DNA of 64,000 nucleotides from Xanthomonas sp. (GTDB taxonomy: Bacteria > Pseudomonadota > Gammaproteobacteria > Xanthomonadales > SZUA-5), in contig JAIMJQ010000001.1 in NCBI GenBank assembly GCA_020693165.1, forward strand, positions 142 through 64,141. Reading direction: 5' to 3'. The notes under the pieces were generated by a model that worked only from the letters and a program-made list of their open reading frames with translations, ran no database searches and was not told the origin of the DNA. The position numbers and the translations under genes were made by a program. This document shows positions 1-8,281 of the stretch, one piece after another (position 1 is the first letter of the stretch; each line of letters starts with the position of its first letter).

Positions 1-308
1 GCAATGCCGACGACCACCGCACCGCCGCAACGGCGTCTGCCGAGCTTGTCGATGATGTCGGCAACGCTGCCCCATGGCGCCAGCACCATGGCGAGATCGA
101 CGTCATCGGGGAGATCCGACGCATCGCGCAGGCATTCGCGGCCGAACACTTGAGTACGCTGCGGGTTGACGAGATGGATATCGCCGCCGAACTCGGCGTC
201 AAGGGCCTGGCGGGTAAACGCGCTGCCGAGCGAGTCCGGCTGGTCGCTGGCGCCGATCAGGGCGAGCGAGCGTGGCGCGAGCAGACGATCCAGCGGGTGA
301 TTGGCCAT
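1..308 (-). CDS. CoA-binding domain protein, N-terminal part of an ADP-forming acetate--CoA ligase / acyl-CoA synthetase family protein (3' end outside window)
   Basis: My own reverse translation from ATG (complement of 306-308) gives MANHPLDRLLAPRSLALIGASDQPDSLGSAFTRQAL...DVDLAMVLAPW. This is the LALIGAS..P.S.G CoA-binding Rossmann pattern. The frame stays open to position 1. It is not in the ORF track because it is truncated. Confidence 0.6.
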   Translation of the reverse strand, partial: MANHPLDRLLAPRSLALIGASDQPDSLGSAFTRQALDAEFGGDIHLVNPQRTQVFGRECLRDASDLPDDVDLAMVLAPWGSVADIIDKLGRRRCGGAVVVGI

Positions 309-393
309 GGGCAGGAGCCAGGTCGGACACGCAAGACTAACCCGGTCCGGTGGCAGCCACGAGTCTGGTTCGGCGCCGGCAACAGTCCGGGTC

Positions 394-562
394 GTTGCTC
401 GTGTAGTGCGGCATCCGGTACTGCCATTGTTTCCGCGCCTTTTGACCCGAATGCGTCGTTGTTCGTCGTCGCCATGGAAGCGCCATGACTTCTCCTCTCG
501 CCTGGCCTCGGACCAAAATGCAGCGGAAATAAAAGTCAGTTACTTGCGCTGCACCGCACTGG
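394..562. repeat. Short (internally deleted) copy of a MITE-like element also present at 8575-8983
   Basis: The 5' ~66 bp (gttgctcgtgtagtgcggcat..actgccattg..ccgcgccttttgacccgaatgcgtcg) and 3' ~55 bp (ggcctcgg.ccaaaatgca.cggaaataaaagtcagttactt) are near-identical to the ends of the 8575-8983 copy. It lies in the divergent intergenic region before the symporter gene. Confidence 0.7.
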
Positions 563-732
563 CAGTGCGCCCATTCGCGCATTGGGGTCGGTTGGTGTTG
601 ACACCAGACCGGCCGCGCGCGGCGCTCGGCCTGTCGCGGGCGCCTTGTGCCGGCAGTGTAGACTTCGGCGATTCCGGCGAATGCCGCGGCTCGCGCCGCA
701 GCTTGCCAGTCACCGCGCCGAGGGTCTGAACA

Positions 733-2013
733 ATGTCCAACCCATCTTCGGGCATGCCCCTGCACACCAAGATGCTGCTCGGCTTCGTCGTCGGCGCCGT
801 CGCCGGCATCCTGGCCAATGTGTATGCCGCTGACTCCGGCTGGCTGAACGGCCTGGTGACCTACGTCGCCAACCCGATGGGTCAGATCTTCCTGCGCCTG
901 CTGTTCATGCTGGTGGTGCCGCTGGTTTTCTCGGCGCTGGTGCTCGGCGTGGTCGAGATCGGCGATCCGCGCTCGCTCGGGCGCATCGGTGGCAAGACCC
1001 TCGCGTTTATCATGCTGGTCACGGCAGTGGCAGTCACCATCGGTCTGATCACCGTCAACGTGCTGCAGCCGGGCATCGGGTTGTCACCGGAAGTAGGTCA
1101 GTCGATTCTCGCCAGTTCAGCCGAAAGCGCCGGTTCCATCGTTGCCAGGAAGGAGGGCTTCTCGGCGCTCGACCTGCTGCTCAACATCGTGCCACGCAAT
1201 CCGGTGGCGGCCGCCGCCAATGGCGATCTCATCGGCGTGATGTTCTTCGCGCTGATGTTCGGTATCGCGGCGACGGTAATTCGCAGCGACGGCACCGGGC
1301 ACTTCCTCGGCGCCGTGCAGGGCGTCTACGAGATCTGCCTGCGCCTGATCGACTGGGTTATCCAGCTGGCGCCTTACGCCGTCGCCGCGCTGCTGTTTTC
1401 GATCACTGCGAAGCTCGGCATCGATGTGCTGCTTCAGCTCGCGCGTTTCGTCGGCACCGTGGTGCTGGCGCTTTCCATCCATTTCTTCATCGTCTTCCCG
1501 CTGCTGCTGAAGTACGTTGGCCGCATGTCGCCGCTGGAGTTCTTCAGGCGCGCCGAACCTGCGATCCTGACTGCATTCTCGACCTCGTCGAGTTCAGCCA
1601 CCTTGCCGACCACGCTGATGGTCGCCGAAGAACGCCTCGGCGTGCCACGGCGCGTTGGCCGCTTCGTGTGCACGCTCGGGGCGACCGCCAACATGAACGG
1701 CACTGCCTTGTTCGAAGGCATCACCGTGTTGTTCCTGGCGCAGTTCTTCGGGGTCGATCTATCACTCGTCCAGCAGGTCACCGTGCTGATGCTGTGCATC
1801 CTTGGCGGCATCGGTGCCGCCGGTGTCCCCGGGGGTTCGCTGCCGGTGATCGCGATGATCCTGGTGATGTTCGGCATCCCGGCGGAAGGCATCGGCCTGA
1901 TCCTTGGCGTCGACCGATTCCTCGACATGTGCCGCACCACCGTCAATGTCACCGGCGACCTGGTCGGCGCGGTGGTGGTGGCGCGCGGGGAACCGGAAGA
2001 AGCGACGGGTTGA
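733..2013 (+). CDS. Dicarboxylate/amino acid:cation symporter (DAACS / GltP-DctA family)
   Basis: 426 aa polytopic protein with an ATG start. Family signatures SSSATLPT and VDRFLDMCRTTVNVTGD are present. Confidence 0.9.
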   Translation: MSNPSSGMPLHTKMLLGFVVGAVAGILANVYAADSGWLNGLVTYVANPMGQIFLRLLFMLVVPLVFSALVLGVVEIGDPRSLGRIGGKTLAFIMLVTAVAVTIGLITVNVLQPGIGLSPEVGQSILASSAESAGSIVARKEGFSALDLLLNIVPRNPVAAAANGDLIGVMFFALMFGIAATVIRSDGTGHFLGAVQGVYEICLRLIDWVIQLAPYAVAALLFSITAKLGIDVLLQLARFVGTVVLALSIHFFIVFPLLLKYVGRMSPLEFFRRAEPAILTAFSTSSSSATLPTTLMVAEERLGVPRRVGRFVCTLGATANMNGTALFEGITVLFLAQFFGVDLSLVQQVTVLMLCILGGIGAAGVPGGSLPVIAMILVMFGIPAEGIGLILGVDRFLDMCRTTVNVTGDLVGAVVVARGEPEEATG

Positions 2014-2049
2014 GCGTCAGGGCTAAGGTGGGAGCGGGGTCTGCTGGCT

Positions 2050-2128
2050 CTTGTGGGTCCAGACTTGTCTGGACGCTCTTGGCCCCGGTATCAGCAACAG
2101 CGTCCAGACAAGTCTGGACCCACAAGTG
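2050..2128. repeat. Paired inverted GTCCAGAC-hairpin repeat (family A)
   Basis: cttgtgggtccagacttgtctggacg (2050-2075) and its exact reverse complement cgtccagacaagtctggacccacaag (2101-2126) are separated by a 25-nt spacer. Each unit is itself a hairpin (GTCCAGAC TT GTCTGGAC). Related copies are at 14742, 16741, 25691 and 44498. Confidence 0.85.
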
Positions 2129-2222
2129 CCCTTTCCATCGGTTGCTGATTGCGCAATCGTATTCACCTGACGCACTGCCGCCGGATATGGCGTACTCCAG
2201 CGGCATTCGCGAGGGCACGATC

Positions 2223-4667
2223 ATGAATCCGCAGCTGCGCAGCGCGATCCTGCTGCTGGTGTCGATGGCCATCGGCGCCTGCGCGACCGACGCTCCACGC
2301 CAGGGGACGCCGGCCTGTCAGCCATCCGCGCTGGGCGACACCACGCTGTACCTGCGCGGATCGATGAACAACTGGGCGGCCCTCGACGAGTACGCCTTCC
2401 AGTACCGTTGCGACGCGCACTACCTCAATGTCGACTTCGCGGCCAGCCACGATTTCAAGGTCGCCGATGCAGCATGGAGCGATCCCAGTACCTTCGGCGC
2501 GCCGGCCGGTGGCAACGGTCTGGTGCTCGCCGGACATGCCTACGCGCCGGCAACCAATCGCGGCAGCGGCGGCACCGGCAATCTGCGCTTCGCATTCAAC
2601 GGCGAGCACACCGTCCGGCTCGCGTTTGCCGACGGCGAGCCTGTCCTCAGCATCGGGCCGAAGACCTTCAGCGATCCCAACGCACGCCCGATCACCGATC
2701 CGGTCGCGCTCGGCGTGCGCTTCGATTCGCGCGATGCGACCCACAAGTCGCCGTTCGGTGCAGGGGTGCCGGGCACGCCGATTGACTTCGCCCTGACGGC
2801 GCTGCCGGGCGTCGAGGTGGCCACGCTGGTGATCGAGTCGCGACGCCTGGAAGGCAATCAGGAAGTCCTCGATTACACCGAGATCGTGCGATTGCCGCTG
2901 CAACGGCAGTTGGCCGGCGACCGCGAGCGCTGGACGACGCAGCACCGTTTCGACGCCGTCGGCGTTTATGGATACTGGTTCGAGCTTCGCATCGGCGGCG
3001 TCGACTACGTCTACCAGAACAACAAGGACGCGGTGTTCTGGACGCGCGAGCGCGGCAGCGGCGGAATCGGCGTCGTCGGCTTTGCGCCGGCGCAGCGCAG
3101 CATGATCCGACGCTATCGCCAGACCGTCTACGCTGCCGATTTCCAGGTGCCGGACTGGGCGCCGGACATCGTCTACTACTACATCTTCCCGGAGCGCTTT
3201 CGCAACGGCGACCCCGGCAACGATCCGCGCCCCGGGCCGCACACCTTCCGCGACCACAGCGTCGAGGTGCACGCCGACTGGAACGAACAGCCCTGGCTGA
3301 ATGGCAGCGGCGATGGTTCGGACGTGCTCTACAGCAATGACTTCTTTGGCGGCGACTTGCAGGGGATCATCGACAAGCTCGACTACATCCGCGAACTCGG
3401 CGCCAACACGCTGTACCTGACGCCAGTGTTCCTCGCTTCGAGCAATCACAAGTACGACACTGCCGATTACACCCGCATCGATCCCGGCTTCGGCAGTGAC
3501 GACGATTTCAGCCGGCTGACCGCGGAGGCGGGAAAACGCGGCATCCGCGTGATTCCCGATACCTCGTTGAACCACAGCGGAGACGACTCGCTGTACTTCG
3601 ACCGCTACGGCAAATACCCCGGCATCGGTGCCTTCGAGGATGGCGTGATCCGTCCGGATTCGCCGTATGCCGGCTGGTACCGTTTCCACCCCGGCGAGAC
3701 CGATCCCGAGCGCCAGTACACCGGCTGGACTGGTGTGCGCGACCTGCCGGAACTGGACAAGTCGTCTGACGGTTTCCGCACGTTTGCCTACGGCCCCGGC
3801 GGCGTGATGCAGCGCTGGCTCGACCGCGGTGCCGCTGGTTGGCGCATGGACGTGGCACCGTGGGTGCCGGACGACTTCTGGCGCGAGTGGCGTGCGGCGA
3901 TCAAGGCGCATCGCCCGGATGCGCTGACCGTGGCGGAGACCTGGTTCGATGCCAGCAAGTACCTGCTCGGCGACATGTTCGACTCGACGATGAACTACAT
4001 CTTCCGCAACGTCGTGATCGAGTACGCCGCCGGCGGCGATGCCAGCAAGCTCTACGGCAATATCGAGCTGATGCGCGAGGCCTATCCCCCGCAGGCCTTT
4101 TACGGCCTGATGAACCTGTTGTCGACGCACGACCAGGCGCGCACGCTGCATCTCCTCGGACCTCACCGGCCTGCCAGCGATGCGGCCACCGTCGCGCTCG
4201 CCAAACGCCGGTTGCGCCTCGCCGTGCTGCTGCAGATGACCTTCCCCGGCGCGCCGACGGTGTTCTATGGCGACGAAGTCGGCGTGACCGGCGGCGACGA
4301 TCCGTACAACCGCGGCACCTATCCGTGGGCTGATCTCGGTGGCGAACCGGACCTGGATCTGCTCACCGACTTCAAGCGCTACATCGCGCTGCGCAACGAC
4401 CACGTTGTGCTGCGCCGCGGCAGCATCGGTGCGCCGATCCATCTCGATGCGAATGTCATCGTCTGGTTGCGGCGGCTCGGCGATCAAATCGCGATCGTCG
4501 CCACCAACAATGCCGACGCCGTGCGTCAGGTGACGCTGACGGTGCCGGCGGATCTGGCCGGCGCCGCCTTCATCGATGCGCTGGGTGGAACGCGGATCGA
4601 CGCCGCCGCATCCAGCCTCGTTGTAGACGTGCCAGCCCTCGGCGGGGTGGTGTTGATGCGCGATTGA
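2223..4667 (+). CDS. Alpha-amylase family glycoside hydrolase (GH13), lipoprotein
   Basis: All four GH13 regions are present: GIRVIPDTSLNHSG, GWRMDVAPWV, TVAETW and LLSTHDQAR. The start was chosen at the internal ATG at 2223, which gives MNPQLRSAILLLVSMAIGAC (lipobox). The 185-aa upstream extension in the track overlaps the symporter gene and the repeat. Confidence 0.9.
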   Translation: MNPQLRSAILLLVSMAIGACATDAPRQGTPACQPSALGDTTLYLRGSMNNWAALDEYAFQYRCDAHYLNVDFAASHDFKVADAAWSDPSTFGAPAGGNGLVLAGHAYAPATNRGSGGTGNLRFAFNGEHTVRLAFADGEPVLSIGPKTFSDPNARPITDPVALGVRFDSRDATHKSPFGAGVPGTPIDFALTALPGVEVATLVIESRRLEGNQEVLDYTEIVRLPLQRQLAGDRERWTTQHRFDAVGVYGYWFELRIGGVDYVYQNNKDAVFWTRERGSGGIGVVGFAPAQRSMIRRYRQTVYAADFQVPDWAPDIVYYYIFPERFRNGDPGNDPRPGPHTFRDHSVEVHADWNEQPWLNGSGDGSDVLYSNDFFGGDLQGIIDKLDYIRELGANTLYLTPVFLASSNHKYDTADYTRIDPGFGSDDDFSRLTAEAGKRGIRVIPDTSLNHSGDDSLYFDRYGKYPGIGAFEDGVIRPDSPYAGWYRFHPGETDPERQYTGWTGVRDLPELDKSSDGFRTFAYGPGGVMQRWLDRGAAGWRMDVAPWVPDDFWREWRAAIKAHRPDALTVAETWFDASKYLLGDMFDSTMNYIFRNVVIEYAAGGDASKLYGNIELMREAYPPQAFYGLMNLLSTHDQARTLHLLGPHRPASDAATVALAKRRLRLAVLLQMTFPGAPTVFYGDEVGVTGGDDPYNRGTYPWADLGGEPDLDLLTDFKRYIALRNDHVVLRRGSIGAPIHLDANVIVWLRRLGDQIAIVATNNADAVRQVTLTVPADLAGAAFIDALGGTRIDAAASSLVVDVPALGGVVLMRD

Positions 4668-4734
4668 GTGCCGAAAAGCGCGACCGATTTCTGCGGGCCA
4701 GCGTCGTCCGTGGCATTGTTGCAACCTGATCTCG

Positions 4735-5766
4735 ATGTCCCGAGGTGTCGCCACGGCGATGACGGAGCCCTGCGAATTCGCCTTGCGCCAGGCCCTGGTC
4801 GAAGCCGCCCGGACGCTTTCGGCCGCGCGCCTGAATTGCGGCACGGCTGGCAACGCCAGCGCCCGCTGCGGCGCCGGGATGCTGATCACGCCGAGCGCCA
4901 TGCATCCCGACCGCCTGACGCCCGACGACATCGTCTGGATGTCGCTCGAAGGCCGCGCGCAGGGCAGGCGCACGCCTTCGAGCGAGTGGCAGCTGCATCG
5001 CGATCTTTACTTCACGCGGCCCGACGCTGGCGCGGTGATCCATACGCATTCGCCATTCGCCACCGCGCTGGCGTGCCAGCGCCGCGGTATCCCGCCATTC
5101 CACTACACGGTCGCCCGTTTCGGCGGCGACGACGTACGCTGCGCGGACTATGCGCTGTTCGGCAGCGCCGAGTTGTCGCGCACCATCCAGGTTGCCATTC
5201 GCGATCGCAACGCCTGCCTGATGGCCAACCATGGCGCCGTTGTCTGTGCCGACGAGGTTCCCGCGGCGATGACACTGGCGCTGGAGCTCGAGTTCCTCAG
5301 CGAACTTTACTGGCGCACCGCGCAGGGTGGGGCGCCGGTGCTGCTCGACGCCGCCGAGATGGCGGCAGTGGGCGGGCGCTATCGCGGCTATTGCCGACCG
5401 CGACTGGCAACGGAACTGCCTGCGCTGGACCCGGCGCGGGTCTACAAGCTGCTGCCGGCGGCGGATTGGCGTCAGGCGCAGGCCGATGGCCGCTATCGCG
5501 GTTCGCCGGACGACCTGCGCGACGGTTACATCCATTTGTCGGGTGCCGGCCAAGTGGCAGGCACCCTGGCGAAGTACTTCGCGCAGACGCCCGACCTCTT
5601 GTTGCTGGAGGTCGATCCAGCGGCGCTCGGTGACGCGCTGCGTTTCGAACCATCGCGCGGCGGCGACCTGTTCCCGCATCTGTACGCGCCGTTGCCGCTG
5701 GTCGCCGCGCGCCCGCTGGCGCGGCGCGCTGATCCGGGCGACGACTGGCAACTGGTCGATGCCTGA
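4735..5766 (+). CDS. Fusion protein: class II aldolase/adducin-family domain + C-terminal DUF952 domain
   Basis: The N-terminal ~215 aa carry aldolase-II features (GNASAR, AVIHTHSPFATALA, LMANHGAVV). The C-terminal ~105 aa (VYKLLPAADWRQAQADG...GYIHLS...LLLLEVDPAAL...RFEPSRGGDLFPHLYAPLPL) match my memory of DUF952. Confidence 0.75.
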   Translation: MSRGVATAMTEPCEFALRQALVEAARTLSAARLNCGTAGNASARCGAGMLITPSAMHPDRLTPDDIVWMSLEGRAQGRRTPSSEWQLHRDLYFTRPDAGAVIHTHSPFATALACQRRGIPPFHYTVARFGGDDVRCADYALFGSAELSRTIQVAIRDRNACLMANHGAVVCADEVPAAMTLALELEFLSELYWRTAQGGAPVLLDAAEMAAVGGRYRGYCRPRLATELPALDPARVYKLLPAADWRQAQADGRYRGSPDDLRDGYIHLSGAGQVAGTLAKYFAQTPDLLLLEVDPAALGDALRFEPSRGGDLFPHLYAPLPLVAARPLARRADPGDDWQLVDA

Positions 5767-6166
5767 GTTCGCCATCGTCGGTGCCGGCTTCGGTGGCATC
5801 GCCATGGCGTGGGCACTCGGGCGCGCACGCCGGACTTGGCCTTGGGCGGTCTGCAGGTGCCGGCGTTTCCGGAGATTCCGCGCCGCGAAAGTTTCGTGCG
5901 CCGCATCATGGTGATGCGCGAGCTGCGAGCTGCGTGCGGCACGCGGCGCAACGGCGGCCGGCCCCACCGCCAAGGCGCAAGCCGACTCGCTGGCGCGGGT
6001 CGATGCCGGCTTTTCCGGAAGCGCCTCGGTCGGCGGCTGCCGCAGCTGGTATCTGGACGCCGCCGGGCACAATATTGCGCTGTGGACCGGGTCTGCGCTG
6101 GCGTATCGGCGCCTGGTCCGGCGCGTGTGCGCCGACGATTTCTCTTTCTTCGCGAGGATCCAATGA
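5759..6166 (+). pseudogene. Remnant of an FAD-dependent (Baeyer-Villiger/flavin-containing type) monooxygenase with a large internal deletion and frameshift
   Basis: ATG at 5759 opens MPEFAIVGAGFGGIAMAWALGRA (GxGxxG dinucleotide fold) and then decays to a stop at ~5914. A different frame ending at TGA 6164-6166 reads GSASVGGCRSWYLDAAGHNIALWTGSALAYRRLVRRVCADDFSFFARIQ, typical of the C-terminus of this family. About 400 nt remain where about 1.5 kb is expected. Confidence 0.6.
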
Positions 6167-6567
6167 CCGATCCCGAGCCGGACCTTTGCCCCTGCGGCAG
6201 CCAGCGCAGCTATCGCGACTGCTGTGGGCGTTGCCACGCGGGCGAACCGGCGGCCGATGCCGAGACCTTGATGCGTTCGCGCTACAGCGCCTACGTGATC
6301 GGCGACCGCGACTACCTGCTGACGACCTGGCACGCCAGCACACGGCCGCAGCATCTGGATCTTGGTCCACCCGATTCGGTGCGCTGGCTCGGACTGAGCA
6401 TCAAACGCTCCCATCCGATCGACGACGACCACGCCGAAGTCGAGTTCGTGGCCCGCAGTCGCAGCGGCGGCGGACCGGCATCGCGATTGCATGAAATCAG
6501 CCGCTTTGTGCGCGAACAGGGTCGCTGGTACTACGTCGACGGCAGCTTTCCGAAGCTGGCATTGTGA
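6163..6567 (+). CDS. ychJ: YchJ family protein (UPF0225, SEC-C motif)
   Basis: The internal ATG at 6163 gives MTDPEPDLCPCGSQRSYRDCCGRCH... (134 aa). The ATGA overlap with the end of the monooxygenase remnant supports this start. Confidence 0.8.
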   Translation: MTDPEPDLCPCGSQRSYRDCCGRCHAGEPAADAETLMRSRYSAYVIGDRDYLLTTWHASTRPQHLDLGPPDSVRWLGLSIKRSHPIDDDHAEVEFVARSRSGGGPASRLHEISRFVREQGRWYYVDGSFPKLAL

Positions 6568-6594
6568 GGCGGTGATAGCCGGGCTCTTGTGGCT

Positions 6595-6696
6595 TTTGTA
6601 GTGCCGAGCTTGCTCGGCATGGATTGGCGCAACAGCAGCGGAGCAAGCTCCGCTCTACAGAGAGCGGAAGAGCAGCGGAGCAAGCTCCGCTATCGG
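6595..6696. repeat. Cluster of three GTAG-type REP-like hairpins (family B)
   Basis: Three units are present: ttttGTAGtgCCGAGCTTGCTCGGcatgg, cagcaGCGGAGCAAGCTCCGCtCTACagag and gcaGCGGAGCAAGCTCCGCtatcgg. Each has a perfect 16-bp palindromic core. Related units are at 12847-12915 and 27716-27778. Confidence 0.8.
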
Positions 6697-7142
6697 GGCG
6701 CCAGCGCGACAATCGCTTGCCACTGCTGCTCGCCAACCGGCATCACCGACAAGCGGTTGCCGCGCTTGATCAGCGCAAACTCTGACAACTCGGGCAGTGT
6801 CTTCAGCAGTTCCAGCGGCAAAGGGGTCTTCAGCTTGCGCACGAACTCGACCTCGACCGCCGACCAGCGCGGATCGTCGGCCTTGCTGCCGGCGTCGAAA
6901 TAGTCGCTTTCCGGGTTGAACTGGGCGGGATCGGCGAACGCCGTGCGGCGGATGCGGGCGATGCCGACGATCCCCGGCACGGCGCAACTGGAGTGGTAAA
7001 ACAGGACGTCGTCGTCGAGCTGCATCGAACGCATGTAGTTGCGAGCCTGATAATTGCGCACGCCGTCCCAGACCTCGCGTTTCTTGCGCTTCAGGTCGTC
7101 GATCGAGAACACGTCGGGCTCGCTTTTCATCAACCAGTGCAT
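6690..7142 (-). CDS. EVE (PUA-like) domain protein
   Basis: MHWLMKSEPDVFSIDDL...WDGVRNYQARNYMR is the typical EVE N-terminus. The start was chosen at ATG 7142, preceded by GAGAGGA, not the track start at 7160. Confidence 0.85.
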   Translation of the reverse strand: MHWLMKSEPDVFSIDDLKRKKREVWDGVRNYQARNYMRSMQLDDDVLFYHSSCAVPGIVGIARIRRTAFADPAQFNPESDYFDAGSKADDPRWSAVEVEFVRKLKTPLPLELLKTLPELSEFALIKRGNRLSVMPVGEQQWQAIVALAPR

Positions 7143-7152
7143 CGGGGTCCTC

Positions 7153-7785
7153 TCAGTCATTCGCCGCGGTCGGATCGCGCCGTGGCGCGCCGATGACGAT
7201 GACCTCGCGGTCGGTGACGACCAGATCCAGCGGCACGTCCCACTCGGCCATCGGGATTGCCGGGACTTCCTGGCAGGCGTAGCCGATGCCGATCAGCCAC
7301 GGTGGTGCCGGGCTTTCGCGCCGGAACGCCAGCGCGCGGTCGTAGTAGCCGGCGCCCGATCCCAGCCGCCCACCGACGCCGTCGAAGGCCAATAGCGGCA
7401 GCAGAATCACGTCCATGGTGTCGGCCGACACCAGTTCGGCGACATCGACCAGCGGCTCGGGTATGCCGAAGCGATTGGCCATCAGTCGCTTCGGCTGGCC
7501 GTTCCAGTGGGCGAAACGCATGTCCGGCGCGGTGTGCTCGACGTGCGGCAGGTAAACCGACTGCCCGTGCAGGATGGCGTCGTCGAAGGTCGGCCCCAGC
7601 GACAGCTCGCTGGCGACCGCGGCGTAAGCGCCGATCCGGCGTGCGCCGGAAAAGGCCGGCAGCGTGCGCAGCCGATCGCGGATATTGTCGGCTGCGACTG
7701 CGCGCTCATGAGTGCCGAGCGCACGTCGTGCCGCGCGCGCCCGTTGGCGCAATTCGTGGCGCAGCGCTTCTGCGTCAGGATGCAA
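7153..7785 (-). CDS. ygfA: 5-formyltetrahydrofolate cyclo-ligase
   Basis: GRLGSGAGYYDR motif, 210 aa, and the expected position downstream of zapA/6S RNA. The start codon at 7785 is TTG, so the start is uncertain. Confidence 0.85.
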   Translation of the reverse strand: MHPDAEALRHELRQRARAARRALGTHERAVAADNIRDRLRTLPAFSGARRIGAYAAVASELSLGPTFDDAILHGQSVYLPHVEHTAPDMRFAHWNGQPKRLMANRFGIPEPLVDVAELVSADTMDVILLPLLAFDGVGGRLGSGAGYYDRALAFRRESPAPPWLIGIGYACQEVPAIPMAEWDVPLDLVVTDREVIVIGAPRRDPTAAND

Positions 7786-7789
7786 AATC

Positions 7790-7981
7790 AGGGTCCTCCG
7801 CCGATGCCGATGCGGGTCTCGCGACCTTGATCCTTAAGATCAGGTGGGAAGAAGAGAGCCGCTAAAGGCGGTCCGCTGCGAGGCGGACAAGCACATGCGC
7901 GGTTTGAAACTCTTCCCAAGGTCGACAAACAGGGTCAAGGTATATGGCGGACGCGCTGTCGCACAACGCAGAGGACGCAAG
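7790..7981 (-). ncRNA. ssrS: 6S RNA (putative)
   Basis: A ~190-nt non-coding gap lies between zapA and the 5-FCL gene, the conserved ssrS location. Read on the minus strand it folds as one long imperfect hairpin. GUCCUCUGCG (5') pairs with CGGCGGAGGAC (3'). ACCUUGACC pairs with GAUCAAGGU. UGGGAAGAG pairs with CUCUUCUUCCCA. The apical hairpin is GUCCGC..GCGGAC. The ends are approximate. Confidence 0.6.
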
Positions 7982-7987
7982 TGCATC

Positions 7988-8281
7988 CTACGTGCGTGCG
8001 AGCGCCGCCTCAAGCTTGGTGTTCAACTTGCGCAATTCTTCACCGACGTCGACGCCGACCTGTTTCAGTTCGGTCCGCGCCTGCAATGATTCGTGCGCGA
8101 TGTTGAGCGCAGCCATCACCGCGATCCGCTCCAGGCCGACGAGCTTGGCCTTGCTGCGGATCTCGCGCATCTTGCCATCGAGGTAGGCGGCCGCTTCGAT
8201 CAGGCTGGTCTGATCTTCCGGCGTGCAGGCGACCGTATATTCGCGGTCGAGAATGGTCACCTTGACCGCTTGCTGGCTCAT
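7988..8281 (-). CDS. zapA: Cell division protein ZapA
   Basis: 97 aa, VTILDREYTVACTPEDQTSLIEAAAYLDGKMREIR; ATG start overlapping the upstream stop. Confidence 0.9.
   Translation of the reverse strand: MSQQAVKVTILDREYTVACTPEDQTSLIEAAAYLDGKMREIRSKAKLVGLERIAVMAALNIAHESLQARTELKQVGVDVGEELRKLNTKLEAALART

Noticed and set aside
1668-2222. 185-codon N-terminal extension of the GH13 ORF in the track
   Set aside because: It overlaps the 3' end of the symporter gene in another frame and runs through the family A repeat (translated as SRQVWTHK). A proper lipoprotein signal peptide starts at the internal ATG at 2223.
2163-4973. 936-aa ORF on the minus strand
   Set aside because: It is entirely antisense to the GH13 gene, which has all four catalytic-region motifs. 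Its product is Arg/Ala/Gly-rich with no recognisable motif. This is a typical shadow ORF of high-GC DNA.
4570-6492. 640-aa minus-strand ORF
   Set aside because: It is antisense to the aldolase-DUF952 gene, the monooxygenase remnant and ychJ. It is low-complexity and Arg-rich with no motifs.
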